Source of the DNA: an uncultured virus (IMG/VR IMGVR_UViG_3300032893_000007)
Taxonomy: Duplodnaviria > Heunggongvirae > Uroviricota > Caudoviricetes
Virus record (IMG/VR): IMGVR_UViG_3300032893_000007
DNA length: 64,000 bases
Strand: one strand, 5' to 3'
Positions within the stretch are counted from its first letter, which is position 1. Each line of letters opens with the position of its first letter. The translations under genes were made by a program, and so were the position numbers. The notes under the pieces are model-generated. The model worked only from the letters and a program-made list of their open reading frames with translations, ran no database searches and was not told where the DNA came from. This document shows positions 9,625 through 18,843 of the stretch, in pieces.

Positions 9625-9896
9625 GGTGAGCCTTCGTCGTCGTCCAGGAACTGGTGGGCGGTCTCCGCGAGGTGGAGGGACAGCTCCTGTGCCAGGTCGG
9701 GGTCGAGGTCGGGACGTGTTACGCATCGGACGAAGACTTGTTCGCCGTCGCTGATCCCGAAGATCAAGATCGGCGGGGGCGAGGACGTCCGGGTCTTGAG
9801 GGCCCGGAGTCCTCCGGTCGTCATGAACTCGAGGGTAGTTTTCGGCGAGGGGTGGTTCCCGAAGACTATTCGTTTTATCCACCGGGGCAGCCACAT
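9621..9896 (-). CDS. Hypothetical protein
   Basis: 91 aa ORF translationally coupled to neighbours. Confidence 0.65.
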   Translation of the reverse strand: MWLPRWIKRIVFGNHPSPKTTLEFMTTGGLRALKTRTSSPPPILIFGISDGEQVFVRCVTRPDLDPDLAQELSLHLAETAHQFLDDDEGSP

Positions 9897-10498
9897 CAGA
9901 CTTCACTGCGGGCTCGTCGTAAGACGTTGGTCCAGTCTATCTTGTGGCAAACCTGCCTGAAACCTCGTCGCCTCGAGCTCGCCTCCTGAGCCTCGGACAG
10001 GGGCAGGGCGCAGGCCTCGATCTCGGCGGGAGTCGCGGTCCTCGCGCTGAACAGGAAGCTGATCGCCCGGCGGACGATCTGGAGGTCGCTCGTCTTGTTC
10101 TCGCTGAGGTAGGTGGTCTCCTCTCGGGGAGCGCGCGAGGCCCGGAGCACCTCGCGTTTTTCGTCGAGCACGCGGGCGTGTTGTTTTTTTCCGAAGGTCC
10201 AGCAGCGAAGTACGTGGGGCTTGAGCCTGGTATGGACACGATACTCGCGCACGAGGCTACGCGAGCCGGGGATGAAGCTGCGCGAGCGTCGGCCGACCAG
10301 CATCATGATCTCGCGCCTCACGTGGATCGATATTTCTACGCGTCGGCCGTCCTCGCAGTGCCTGCATCCTCGCGTGAAGGCGAGCGGGGTGCCTGCCCGG
10401 AGCGGGTCGTACGTCGCTCCGAACAGTCTCCCGTCGTCTTCGAGCAGGAGGATCTCGCGTCCCGTGAACGGGTCGGTGTAGATCGTGGCATCGAGCAC
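9896..10498 (-). CDS. Hypothetical protein (CxxC)
   Basis: 200 aa ORF with coupled start/stop on both sides. Confidence 0.6.
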   Translation of the reverse strand: MLDATIYTDPFTGREILLLEDDGRLFGATYDPLRAGTPLAFTRGCRHCEDGRRVEISIHVRREIMMLVGRRSRSFIPGSRSLVREYRVHTRLKPHVLRCWTFGKKQHARVLDEKREVLRASRAPREETTYLSENKTSDLQIVRRAISFLFSARTATPAEIEACALPLSEAQEASSRRRGFRQVCHKIDWTNVLRRARSEV

Positions 10499-10749
10499 TA
10501 CTGTTCAACCTCCTCCATGGCGAGCACCCACAGCACGGCCGCCTCGGGGTTCACGTCGAGCGTGCGTTGGAGCAGGGAGAGCTGCTTCGGCGTCATGTGC
10601 TCGACGACGAGCGCGTATTCCTCGAACGGGACCCCGAAGTGGCGGTGGAAGGATACTTCGTCGTGTTCCCAGGGTTGAGGGTCTCGCCTGACCTCGCGGA
10701 CGAGGTCTCGCAGGCGGTTCGCGGCGTCGAGGGTCCCGAGGAGGTCCAT
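10498..10749 (-). CDS. Hypothetical protein
   Basis: 83 aa ORF in operon-like chain. Confidence 0.65.
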   Translation of the reverse strand: MDLLGTLDAANRLRDLVREVRRDPQPWEHDEVSFHRHFGVPFEEYALVVEHMTPKQLSLLQRTLDVNPEAAVLWVLAMEEVEQ

Positions 10750-10761
10750 GGTCGTGCCGGG

Positions 10762-11406
10762 CTACGTCTGGGGTGGGACGTCGGTCGACCGGGCGGCGAG
10801 AGCCTGCGCGACCTCGGGGCTCATGCCTCCGCCGGGAGGGAGGATCACCTGGGTCACTCCGGGTTCGGCCTCTGGTAGCTCGGGAGGGGCTCCGGTGGAC
10901 GCGGTGAGGTCGACGGGTACCCCCGGGGGTAGCTGCGATCTCGCGCCGGTTGGGGCCACGACGTGGGTGCCCTGGGGGGTGATCGTGACGTTCGTTACGC
11001 CGGCCTGGGGTTCGGGTGCCCCCGGGATGGTGGGGTGTCCCTGCGGGACGCTCGGGGATGAGCTGGGCAGGGGGGGAAGGGAGGACAGGAGGGCGTCGGA
11101 GGAGGTCGCGGGGCGAGCTGGTTGGGCGACGGGTCGCGAGACGGGGACCGCGGGGGCGATGGGTTTCGGCGCGGGAGCTGGGGCGATGGGGGAGGCGGCG
11201 GCGGTCGCGGGTGCGGTAGGCTGGGAGGAGGGCGAGTAGGCCAGCTCGATGAGCTGGTAGAGCATCGTACGTAGGATGCTGAACATCTTCTCGACTGACG
11301 GTCGTAGAGCGAGCGGGGTCGAGGCGTTTTGTATATCGTACTCGAGGGCAGGTATCTCTCTCCTGGCGATGTCGACGAGATCTCTGAGGTACTTTCCGTT
11401 GCTCAT
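10762..11406 (-). CDS. Pro/Ala-rich hypothetical protein
   Basis: 214 aa; AGGAG RBS; internal repeats GVTNVTITPQG / GVTQVILPPGG. Confidence 0.7.
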   Translation of the reverse strand: MSNGKYLRDLVDIARREIPALEYDIQNASTPLALRPSVEKMFSILRTMLYQLIELAYSPSSQPTAPATAAASPIAPAPAPKPIAPAVPVSRPVAQPARPATSSDALLSSLPPLPSSSPSVPQGHPTIPGAPEPQAGVTNVTITPQGTHVVAPTGARSQLPPGVPVDLTASTGAPPELPEAEPGVTQVILPPGGGMSPEVAQALAARSTDVPPQT

Positions 11407-12524
11407 TTTGGTTCTCCTTGTTTGGGTGGGGACGAGGGGTGGTTCTCGCGGAACCTGGCCATGAGGCGCATGCCGCTCTCCTCGATCTGGCGCAGTCGGG
11501 GGTCGGAGGAGGCTTCGGTGGAGGCTGTCAGGCGCTCGTGGACTGGCAGGAGGTTCGGGGGAGTGACGGTCTTTTGGAGCTCTCCGCGGGGAGCGTTCGG
11601 CTTGCCGGGCAGATCTGGGAGAGCGGGAGGAGCTCCGGTCTTCGTGAACTTGGAGGCCGCGGAGCCGCTCGCCAGTTTGGATTTCTTCTTCTCGTACTCG
11701 GCGACGATCGAGGCGAGCACCATCTTTTGCGAGTCGCTGCAGCTCGACAGCAGTTGTTCCTGCTGAGCCTCGGTGAGGTTCTCGAGGAAGCTCGCCATGA
11801 GCATGAAGCTCGGGTCTTCGGTGGGCAGGACGGGCTGGCCGGCGAGCTTGTTGATGATGAACGGGAGCAGGGAGGCTACCTTGGCGAGTCCCTCCTCCTT
11901 GAGCACGAGGTTGGCCTCCTCACGCTTCTCGTCGAGCCTCCGCTTGGTGGTGTTGTCGAGGAGATCCTGGACGAGGATGATGAAGTCGACCTGCTGTGAG
12001 GAGAACTTCTCGTTCATCGAGGCCAGCCGGCTGATCTCGCGCTCCATGGTCTGCAGCTGCATGCTCGTCGTGATGGTCATCTGTCTCGCCATCGCCTCGT
12101 TGTGTCGCATGAGCTGCGCGGTGAGTCCCCTCTCCGTCGGGGGCTCGGAGGGGGAGATGTCTTTCTCGGACTCCTCGTCGACGGACGTGACGCGGAAGAC
12201 TTTTCGAGCTACGTAGTTGCGGTCGACCGTGTAGTAGGCACAGATCGCGTACTGCTGGACGCCGCTGTTGAGGTCGTTGGCGTCGTTCTGGGCAGCGTCG
12301 GCGATCTGGTTGAGCAGGGGTGCGATTTCGTCCTCGCCACCTTCCTCGAGCTTGACCGATATCTGGGTCACGTCGCCCTGGGGTTTCTTGTCGACCGACA
12401 GGTGTTTGACTACGACCTTGTGGCACTTTCCCAGCTTCGCGTCTGGGTACGCGACGTGGCGCTTGATCCACTGTTCGAGCGATTGGACTATGAAACTCCG
12501 TGAGTCGCTGGACAAGGGAACCAT
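11403..12524 (-). CDS. Coiled-coil hypothetical protein
   Basis: 373 aa, GC-rich third positions, central helical heptads. Confidence 0.75.
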   Translation of the reverse strand: MVPLSSDSRSFIVQSLEQWIKRHVAYPDAKLGKCHKVVVKHLSVDKKPQGDVTQISVKLEEGGEDEIAPLLNQIADAAQNDANDLNSGVQQYAICAYYTVDRNYVARKVFRVTSVDEESEKDISPSEPPTERGLTAQLMRHNEAMARQMTITTSMQLQTMEREISRLASMNEKFSSQQVDFIILVQDLLDNTTKRRLDEKREEANLVLKEEGLAKVASLLPFIINKLAGQPVLPTEDPSFMLMASFLENLTEAQQEQLLSSCSDSQKMVLASIVAEYEKKKSKLASGSAASKFTKTGAPPALPDLPGKPNAPRGELQKTVTPPNLLPVHERLTASTEASSDPRLRQIEESGMRLMARFRENHPSSPPKQGEPK

Positions 12525-12533
12525 CGGCCCGCG

Positions 12534-12563
12534 AGGTTACTGTAAATAATGAAGCGGCGTCAA
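12534..12563 (-). promoter_or_regulatory. Sigma-70-like promoter TTGACG-N18-TAACCT
   Basis: Directly upstream of ATG 12524; same -10 as at 35678 and 56394. Confidence 0.55.
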
Positions 12564-12627
12564 GCGCGTATTATTGCGCCTTGGCGCTTCGTTCGCGGGA
12601 GGCGAAATTTGCTAGTTCGGTGGGCGG

Positions 12628-12828
12628 TTACTTGCGTACGCCGGTGAGCTTCCCGAGCTTCTTGCCGGCGGCGTTGCGGGCGCGCTTGAGGGTCACGTAG
12701 TCTCTGTGGACGGCTGACTTCTTGGGCTTGCCGAGTGCTCGCTTGCCGGCGGCGTGGTAGGCGCGGTCGAGCTTCTTGTAGTCGCGTCGTGCTAGGATGA
12801 TCTGGGCTCGCTTGGTGGTGCGTGGCAT
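12628..12828 (-). CDS. Small very basic protein, possibly nucleic-acid binding
   Basis: 66 aa K/R-rich; GAGG RBS. Confidence 0.7.
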   Translation of the reverse strand: MPRTTKRAQIILARRDYKKLDRAYHAAGKRALGKPKKSAVHRDYVTLKRARNAAGKKLGKLTGVRK

Positions 12829-12862
12829 GGTTCGTTACCTCGGGTCGGGGGTTGGTCGTATC

Positions 12863-13180
12863 CTACTTGATGTTGACGTTTTTCGGCAAACCGCCAGGGC
12901 GTGAATTTCCGGCGTGGACGTCCTTGGCGGGAGGTCTCGTGGCGGCTATGGCGGGGCGCGAGGAGCGCACGTGGCTCGAGTGGCCGGCGTGGACCTCGGC
13001 GGGCAGTCCCCGGCCGGGGACTGGCTTCGCCCAGACGGCGAGCCTCGAGGGCAGCTGCTGCTCGCCGGTGGAGTTCGTGGTGGATGCCGAGGAGGGGGTC
13101 GCGGGTGTCTGCGGGGTGATGCAGGCGGGGAAGGCCTGGTCGGCGGGGTTCGTCGTGCCGGGGTTCTTGTGGTCGCGCAT
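12863..13180 (-). CDS. Low-complexity hypothetical protein
   Basis: ATG 13180 with GGAG RBS; repeated (E/D)VHAG. Confidence 0.5.
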   Translation of the reverse strand: MRDHKNPGTTNPADQAFPACITPQTPATPSSASTTNSTGEQQLPSRLAVWAKPVPGRGLPAEVHAGHSSHVRSSRPAIAATRPPAKDVHAGNSRPGGLPKNVNIK

Positions 13181-13212
13181 CTTGGGGGCTCCAGGGGTGG
13201 TTGGGGAGAGTG

Positions 13213-13545
13213 TTAGAAGGCTAGGTCGTCGTCGGGCGAGCGTGTGTTTGTGTGGTGCTGGTTGTCCTCGAGATCTTCGAGGTCGGACTCGTCGAGGGGT
13301 CGCCATCCGAGGGTCGTGAGTTTCTGGTCGGGCTCGGGGAGTCCTTTCTCGCGCATGAACTTCGCGAGCTTCGCGTGTCCCTCGGGGGACAGGAGGTCGT
13401 CGAGCGCGTACGACTGCCGGTGTTCGTCGCAGTAGCCGAGCTGGCAGAATGTCACCCGGGTGATCTTTCTGCCGATCTTCGACCTGGTCTCGAGGACGGG
13501 TCTTTGGGCGGGGGCGTTCGGGCATCCTTTGTGCGAGCAGGTCAC
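13213..13545 (-). CDS. Hypothetical protein with Cys/His Zn-binding pattern
   Basis: CSHKGC...YCDEH. Confidence 0.65.
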   Translation of the reverse strand: MTCSHKGCPNAPAQRPVLETRSKIGRKITRVTFCQLGYCDEHRQSYALDDLLSPEGHAKLAKFMREKGLPEPDQKLTTLGWRPLDESDLEDLEDNQHHTNTRSPDDDLAF

Positions 13546-13551
13546 GGTGGG

Positions 13552-14247
13552 CTAGTCCCAGGCCATGCTGGAGATGGCCTCCTCGATGAGCTTGTGGGGG
13601 TTGAATCCAGCGACGACGGCGGACGGCACGGTGACCACGTCGACCTGGTGGAATTCTCCCTCGTCGTCGACGGGCAGGCGGAGGAGGTCGGCGGATGCTC
13701 CGCCGGCGAGGTGGGCGAGGAAGTAGACGTGCTCGGCGTCAATCACGGCTGAGGGTTCGACGACGACGTTTCGCCTGGTCTCGGGGTGGGAGATCTGCTT
13801 GATGGTCTTCTTGAGGGTGGGGGGAAGAGGGTTGCTGATGGGCATGAAGACTCGCTTGACGGTCTCCTCGGGACGCACGTAGTCGCCCCACACGCGGTGG
13901 ATGAGGCGCCCTACGCGGTTCGCGAAGGCGTGGGGGTCGATGAGGTCGAGGAGGATGGAGTTGCGCATAGCCATGGCGCCCTCGTTCGTGAGGGGGTTGC
14001 CGAGGGGGCAGCCGATCTTGCGGCCCGGGGTGATGGTGACGGCGTTCACGCAGCGGCGGTTGTTGTTGCAGAACTGGGCGTTGTCGGCTTCTCCTCCGCC
14101 GTCGGGGTAGTGAGTGGGCAGCTCGTCTTCGGAAACGCTTGCCCGACGTAGTTTGTCGATCAGCTCGACTCCACAGTCGTGGCAGATGATGCTGCCGTCG
14201 TAGTAGAAGACGTCGGTGCTGACGGGGATGAGGTCGAGCCAGCTCAT
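13552..14247 (-). CDS. Hypothetical protein with Cys-rich N-terminus
   Basis: ATG 14247 after GAGGAG; CHDC, FC...C, C.LGNPLT. Confidence 0.7.
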   Translation of the reverse strand: MSWLDLIPVSTDVFYYDGSIICHDCGVELIDKLRRASVSEDELPTHYPDGGGEADNAQFCNNNRRCVNAVTITPGRKIGCPLGNPLTNEGAMAMRNSILLDLIDPHAFANRVGRLIHRVWGDYVRPEETVKRVFMPISNPLPPTLKKTIKQISHPETRRNVVVEPSAVIDAEHVYFLAHLAGGASADLLRLPVDDEGEFHQVDVVTVPSAVVAGFNPHKLIEEAISSMAWD

Positions 14248-14753
14248 GTGGGTACTCCTCGGGGTAGGTTGTGGGCGAGCGTGTGCACGTCGCCGAGGGT
14301 GATGCGGCCGCGCTTGGCGAGTCGGTGGGCGACGCGCCTGATGATGGGTGTGAAGGTTGCGACGTATTGTCGGGCGAGCTCGTCGAGCTCGCCGAGGGAG
14401 CACGATGCGTGGGGGAGGAGCTCCGAGGCTCGTCGGTAGTCGGAGTCGGCGCCGAGGCGGGCGGAGATCGCTGGCTCGCCGCCAAGGCGCGCTCCGTGGT
14501 AGCCGGCGCAGAGGACCGTGATGCCTTTGTCGACGACGTTCGCGGGTGGGATCTCCGCGCGCGACAGGGGGACGAGGATGTTGGTGAAGTCGGGGGTCTT
14601 GGTCTCGCCGAAGTCGCCATCGTCGCTCACCTCGGACGTGGTGAATCCGATGCCGGTGATGGTCGCGATGACGGCGTGGGCGGCTTCGTGGTGGGCAGTG
14701 TAGTTCACGTCGCGGGATATCTTGGGTCGATGTTTTTTTGAGGCACGTTTCAT
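14244..14753 (-). CDS. M41/M50-like zinc metallopeptidase domain protein
   Basis: TAHHEAAHAV (HExxH), LCAG, GADSD. Confidence 0.75.
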   Translation of the reverse strand: MKRASKKHRPKISRDVNYTAHHEAAHAVIATITGIGFTTSEVSDDGDFGETKTPDFTNILVPLSRAEIPPANVVDKGITVLCAGYHGARLGGEPAISARLGADSDYRRASELLPHASCSLGELDELARQYVATFTPIIRRVAHRLAKRGRITLGDVHTLAHNLPRGVPT

Positions 14754-14758
14754 GGTAC

Positions 14759-15055
14759 CTACACGTGGTGTTCCCAGACCCTGAGGAGGCCGCAGCGGGC
14801 GAGGGCCGTTAACCACCAGAGGCTGCGCTGGCTGAGGGGTTTCTTCTTGACGATCGATTGGATGGTTGTCATGAGGACGCGCATCTGTTCGGCGTCGCGG
14901 GGAGACCCGACCTCGAGCAGTCCAGCGTATTCCTCGAGTCCCTTTTCGTCCACGACGTAGAGCTCTACGGCGGAGTCGTCGCGGAGGATCATTTTGACTG
15001 GAGCGTCGAAGTGTCGTGCGTCGTCTACGAGGACGTCGTCGAGGCGGGTCGGCAT
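14759..15055 (-). CDS. Hypothetical protein
   Basis: ATG 15055 after GGAG; 98 aa. Confidence 0.65.
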   Translation of the reverse strand: MPTRLDDVLVDDARHFDAPVKMILRDDSAVELYVVDEKGLEEYAGLLEVGSPRDAEQMRVLMTTIQSIVKKKPLSQRSLWWLTALARCGLLRVWEHHV

Positions 15056-15057
15056 CG

Positions 15058-15519
15058 TCAGTCTCCGAGGCGGTTCAGGCTCGCGCGGCACATGACGGTG
15101 ATTCGGTGGGAGAGGTCGTGGTCGTTCGAGTGCCAGCTTTCGTATGCGTCGGCGTAGTTGTCGAGGGAGACGACGAACGCCGCTTCCGCGGATTGCTCGT
15201 CGTGGAAGGGTATCGCGGAGCGGTCGATGGTTGCGAGGAGATCCTTGACCGCTTTGTGGATGGCGGCGAGGTCGGAGGCGGCGATGCCTCGGTCGAGTGC
15301 TTCGTGGAACGAGCGGAGGTCGGGGTCGGATGTGTCGAAGTGGTGGAGCACGCCGCGCATCTGCCTGGCCGTCGCGAGCAGGCACGTGGCGGTTGCTTCG
15401 CGGAGGTCGGTTAGCTTTGCCTCGTAGGCTTTGTGGGCGACGTTGAAGGCACGGTCTTGAGGCGTCTCGAGGACGGACTGGCGGGGAACCATCGGGTAGC
15501 GTCGTGCGAGTTTGGGCAT
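15058..15519 (-). CDS. Helical hypothetical protein
   Basis: ATG 15519; 153 aa in gene chain. Confidence 0.65.
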   Translation of the reverse strand: MPKLARRYPMVPRQSVLETPQDRAFNVAHKAYEAKLTDLREATATCLLATARQMRGVLHHFDTSDPDLRSFHEALDRGIAASDLAAIHKAVKDLLATIDRSAIPFHDEQSAEAAFVVSLDNYADAYESWHSNDHDLSHRITVMCRASLNRLGD

Positions 15520-15533
15520 GGGGTGTTGTCTTT

Positions 15534-16079
15534 TTATCCGTACTTGGCGGCTCGGGCTTGGGCGCGCTCGTATTCTACCTGGGCGAGCGGCATCTTGCGG
15601 TAGGTGGCGATGTCCCAGTCGGGGTGGTACTCGTAGTGGGCGAGGTCGCGGATCTTCCCCTTGGGGGTCTGGATGATTTTGTCGCCGAGCCACTCTCCAC
15701 CCCTCGAGCGGACGAATGCTCCGACTCTGGCGTAGGCATCTTCGTCGAGGGCGCGGGTGGCGGGGTTGATGATGACGAGGTGGTAGGCTCGTCCCACCTG
15801 GTGCCAGTCGAGTCGGCCTGGGGCGATTCCGCTTCGGCCCTCGCGGTAGTGCTTCTCGGACTCGGCGGGCGTGTAGATCACGGACCGAGTGGAGAGCTTG
15901 GCGGGGATGCCGTGCTCGCGCGCCCAGGCGACGACCTCGACGACGTGGGTGCGCGTGGACGGCTCGAGGAGCTTCAGGGCGCGGGACTCCTGCGGGCTGA
16001 AGGTGAGCTCGAGCGCTGCCGCGGGGGAGCGGGCCCAGTTGGCGTTGGTCTCTTTCTGGAGCAGGATGTCCCAGGCCAT
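15534..16079 (-). CDS. Peptidase M15-like peptidoglycan endopeptidase
   Basis: WHQVGRAYH, EWLG, RDLAHYE resemble M15 SxHxxGxAxD / WGG / DxPHxE motifs. Confidence 0.7.
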   Translation of the reverse strand: MAWDILLQKETNANWARSPAAALELTFSPQESRALKLLEPSTRTHVVEVVAWAREHGIPAKLSTRSVIYTPAESEKHYREGRSGIAPGRLDWHQVGRAYHLVIINPATRALDEDAYARVGAFVRSRGGEWLGDKIIQTPKGKIRDLAHYEYHPDWDIATYRKMPLAQVEYERAQARAAKYG

Positions 16080-16093
16080 GACGTGATCCTTCG

Positions 16094-16282
16094 TCAGTCG
16101 GCTTCTTCTGACTGGGCGGTGACGGTGATGTAGTAGGTCTTTTTGCTGTTGGGGTTGTGCTCGACGATGGTTACGTTGTTTTCGAGCTCGAGCGACAGGT
16201 CGACGGTCCGGGCGGCGGCCGACTCGTAAGATTTCTGGCGGCGTCCCTCGACGACGTAGGTGTTGGGCTTGTTCTTGGGCAT
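16094..16282 (-). CDS. Hypothetical protein
   Basis: 62 aa; GGAG RBS. Confidence 0.6.
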   Translation of the reverse strand: MPKNKPNTYVVEGRRQKSYESAAARTVDLSLELENNVTIVEHNPNSKKTYYITVTAQSEEAD

Positions 16283-16284
16283 GA

Positions 16285-16536
16285 TCAGGTGCTCCGTGTT
16301 TGAGGTGGTATGATCAGCGCTCGAACTGGCGCTTGACCTCGCGGTAGAAGCCGGGGGGCGACGGGGATCTCGAGCATCATCTCGGGGACGTGCGGGGCGT
16401 TCTGACTGAGAGCTGCTTTGCCTTCGTAGCTCTCGTCGACGAACCGCTCAATGGTTCCGGAGGTGTCGACTACGATCCACCCGCGGCGAGGGTTGCCGTT
16501 CTTGTCGTTGCCGGCGTTGATCTTGATGGCGATCAT
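16285..16536 (-). CDS. Hypothetical phage-type protein (NGNPRR), possibly frameshifted near the C-terminus
   Basis: Codon pattern changes after a 6-C run (G at 16353-16358 on plus strand). Confidence 0.6.
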   Translation of the reverse strand: MIAIKINAGNDKNGNPRRGWIVVDTSGTIERFVDESYEGKAALSQNAPHVPEMMLEIPVAPRLLPRGQAPVRALIIPPQTRST

Positions 16537-16538
16537 GG

Positions 16539-17105
16539 TCAGTTTCCTTTTATGGCGTAGTAGATGGAGTTGAGTCGGTCGAGGTATCCTCGCTTGAACG
16601 TGTCGCTTTTCTTTGAGAGCTTGGCTGGTATATAGTTGCGGTGGACGATACTGCGGAGCTCTTTTTCGGTCAGGTTGGACGCGACGTCTTGTGCGAGGGA
16701 GGAGCCGGCTTGGTAGTCGGTGAGTGGAAGTTTTGACGAACGTTGGATCTTCTTGGGGGCAGGGTTCTGGTACTTTTTGGGCAGGAGATTGTCGTAGTTG
16801 CCGAGCTTGGCTTCGGTCTCGAAGGCGTCGCGCCAGTGGGAGGCGGCGAGGCGGCGAACTTCGACGGGGAACATCTTGTGCCAGTTGGACTCGCTGTCGC
16901 CGTATTCGCGCGCGTACTTCTTGGCGCCGGACTCGGCGAGGTACATGAAGAGCTGGACGGCCTTCTCGGGGTCGTAGGTTCCGCGGGCGATCTTGGTCAC
17001 GAGGTTCTTGATGATGGAGGTGGTCTGTCCTCGGTAGAGGTCACCGTCGTTGTCGACGAAGAGGACCAGTTCCTGTGCGAGGCTTTGCGGAGTGTCGAAT
17101 CCCAT
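16539..17105 (-). CDS. Phage-type hypothetical protein (ELxLFxDNDGDLY)
   Basis: 188 aa ORF with GC-rich third positions in N-terminal domain. Confidence 0.75.
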   Translation of the reverse strand: MGFDTPQSLAQELVLFVDNDGDLYRGQTTSIIKNLVTKIARGTYDPEKAVQLFMYLAESGAKKYAREYGDSESNWHKMFPVEVRRLAASHWRDAFETEAKLGNYDNLLPKKYQNPAPKKIQRSSKLPLTDYQAGSSLAQDVASNLTEKELRSIVHRNYIPAKLSKKSDTFKRGYLDRLNSIYYAIKGN

Positions 17106-17127
17106 GGCGTTTTTTCTTTGTGGTGGT

Positions 17128-17334
17128 TCAGAGGTACCGGGCGATGATCCGGTTGAGCCGGGTCTTCGTCTCGGCTGCCCTCGCCCGGGAGATGCCGACC
17201 GCGATGGCCTGCTTCCGGGGGAGTCCTGAGCGTACCTCTTCGGCGATGAATTTTGAGGCGAGCTCGCGGGCTTGGCCGCGGAGCCTCGGGTATGTTCTTG
17301 GGGGTCTTCGGGTCTTCTTGGAGGTGATCTTCAT
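17128..17334 (-). CDS. Small basic protein with DUF6496-like RKQAIAVGISRAR motif
   Basis: ATG 17334 coupled to upstream stop; motif recognised by eye. Confidence 0.65.
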   Translation of the reverse strand: MKITSKKTRRPPRTYPRLRGQARELASKFIAEEVRSGLPRKQAIAVGISRARAAETKTRLNRIIARYL

Positions 17335-17732
17335 GCTGGTCTCGCGTTTCGTCGCGCCTGGTTCTCGAGGCGTTTCGCCCTGGCGTGAGCGTGGTCGTAG
17401 TCTACACCCGTTTTCATGAGCGCCGCCTCGTGGCTCTCGTGGAAGGCTATGAAGGGCCACTCGGAGGAGTGAATCTGGGCGTCGATCCAGAGCTCACCTC
17501 TCGGGATGAAGCGGTAGCGGAAGCCGTTGCCGCCCTGGCTGAAGTCCGAGTCGTAGTGGTCTCGCACGTGGGTGCCGTTGACGAGCACGACCTCGCGTCC
17601 GTGTGGGTCTACTTCGCCGAGGTAGGTTTTCCAGGGAGCGCCTGGGGGCGTCTCGAGGGATCTGCGGGTTGGTGAGGGGCTCGTCTGCCACTCGTCGGGG
17701 GAGATCGTCGCTTCGGGGTGCCACGTATTCAT
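17331..17732 (-). CDS. Zincin-like protein (HExxE...H)
   Basis: FIAFHESHE...YDHAH. Confidence 0.65.
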   Translation of the reverse strand: MNTWHPEATISPDEWQTSPSPTRRSLETPPGAPWKTYLGEVDPHGREVVLVNGTHVRDHYDSDFSQGGNGFRYRFIPRGELWIDAQIHSSEWPFIAFHESHEAALMKTGVDYDHAHARAKRLENQARRNARPA

Positions 17733-18298
17733 CGCTTTTGTCTCCTCGGGAGGTCCTCGAGGTACTTCATGAGCTCGATGAATTTGTCGGCCTTGTTGGA
17801 AAGTCCCATCTGCACCAGTCGCGACGTCACGTCAGCGACTACATAGGCGCCCCGCTTGAGGAGGGAGTAGGCGTCGAGGGCGTCTTTCGGGTCTTCTCGG
17901 CCTACCAGGAACTTGGAGGTTACGAGTAGGTCTATGGGGAAGACGGGGATCTCCGAGCCCTGGTACTTCTTGGTGACGGCCATCTCGACGGCGCTCTTCT
18001 CGGGGTCGCCGGTGGCGAATATGAGGTCGATCCTTTCGTCCGGTGGGTTGCCCTCGGGGAGCACGATCCAGTGTGAGGGGGACACCTTGTCGAGCACGAA
18101 GTTTTCTGGGGAGATCTCCTGCAGGGAGCGCAGGAGCTTCGTTCGGTCGGTGGCGAGGAAGAAGGCGTCGACGTCGGCCGTTTCTCTCCGGTATCCGTGT
18201 GCGGCGACCGCGATGCCTCCGCCGATCGCCGCGGGGACGCCGGCTCGCTTCGCGGCGGTGAGAACCAGGTCGAGCATCTCCTTCTTGGTGGTGGGCAT
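17729..18298 (-). CDS. Nucleotidyltransferase (Pol-beta superfamily)
   Basis: IGGGIAVAAHGYRRETADVD; SK..GR..KDALD. Confidence 0.85.
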   Translation of the reverse strand: MPTTKKEMLDLVLTAAKRAGVPAAIGGGIAVAAHGYRRETADVDAFFLATDRTKLLRSLQEISPENFVLDKVSPSHWIVLPEGNPPDERIDLIFATGDPEKSAVEMAVTKKYQGSEIPVFPIDLLVTSKFLVGREDPKDALDAYSLLKRGAYVVADVTSRLVQMGLSNKADKFIELMKYLEDLPRRQKR

Positions 18299-18306
18299 GG
18301 GTCTTC

Positions 18307-18573
18307 TCAGGCGTCGTATCGCCAAGGTCCTTGGGAGACGACCTCGTCCATGGACATGACGGGGATCTCCTGGGTCTTGCGGGGGTCGCCGGCGACGAGC
18401 TCCTTGTACCGGCGGATCTCAGCACGGCGTTCGGAGCGTCGCAGGGCGGACGGCAGCAGGAGCAGTCCGGCGGCCGCGAGGAGTCCGAGCCCGGCGGCGG
18501 TGTAGGCGGTGGGGACCTGGTCGCGCGCGAAGCTTTGCTCGATCTGTTTTCGGTAGAAGAGGTCGTAGGCCAT
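18307..18573 (-). CDS. Small single-TM protein with N-terminal tag variant (MAYDLFY...SFAR)
   Basis: TM AAGLGLLAAAGLLLLP; directly upstream of nucleotidyltransferase. Confidence 0.65.
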   Translation of the reverse strand: MAYDLFYRKQIEQSFARDQVPTAYTAAGLGLLAAAGLLLLPSALRRSERRAEIRRYKELVAGDPRKTQEIPVMSMDEVVSQGPWRYDA

Positions 18574-18576
18574 GGT

Positions 18577-18843
18577 TCAGACCTTGTTTAAGGGGTAGGT
18601 GCTGGTCGCGGACTCCAAGATTGCTCGGGCCGTGCGGAGCTTGTGGACGAGCGCTCGCATCTTGTTCGCGTCGTCGACGGAGAAGGTGTCGTCAGACTTT
18701 ACCCAGTCGAGGAGGTCAGTCGCGTTTCGCAGCTGCCTCTCGACCGCGGTGCAGCAGCGACCGGCCTCGGTCCTGATCGCCGAGAGGGCATCGCGCAGGC
18801 GCGGCAGGCTCGGATCTGCGAGCCGGGAGACCTTGGACCTCAC
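18577..18843 (-). CDS. Helical hypothetical protein
   Basis: GTG 18843 overlaps upstream stop. Confidence 0.55.
   Translation of the reverse strand: MRSKVSRLADPSLPRLRDALSAIRTEAGRCCTAVERQLRNATDLLDWVKSDDTFSVDDANKMRALVHKLRTARAILESATSTYPLNKV

Noticed and set aside
18572..18592. Possible extra copy of the conserved promoter motif (GGTTCAG ACCTTGTTTA)
   Set aside because: Only fragments match, in the wrong order and without TTGACA
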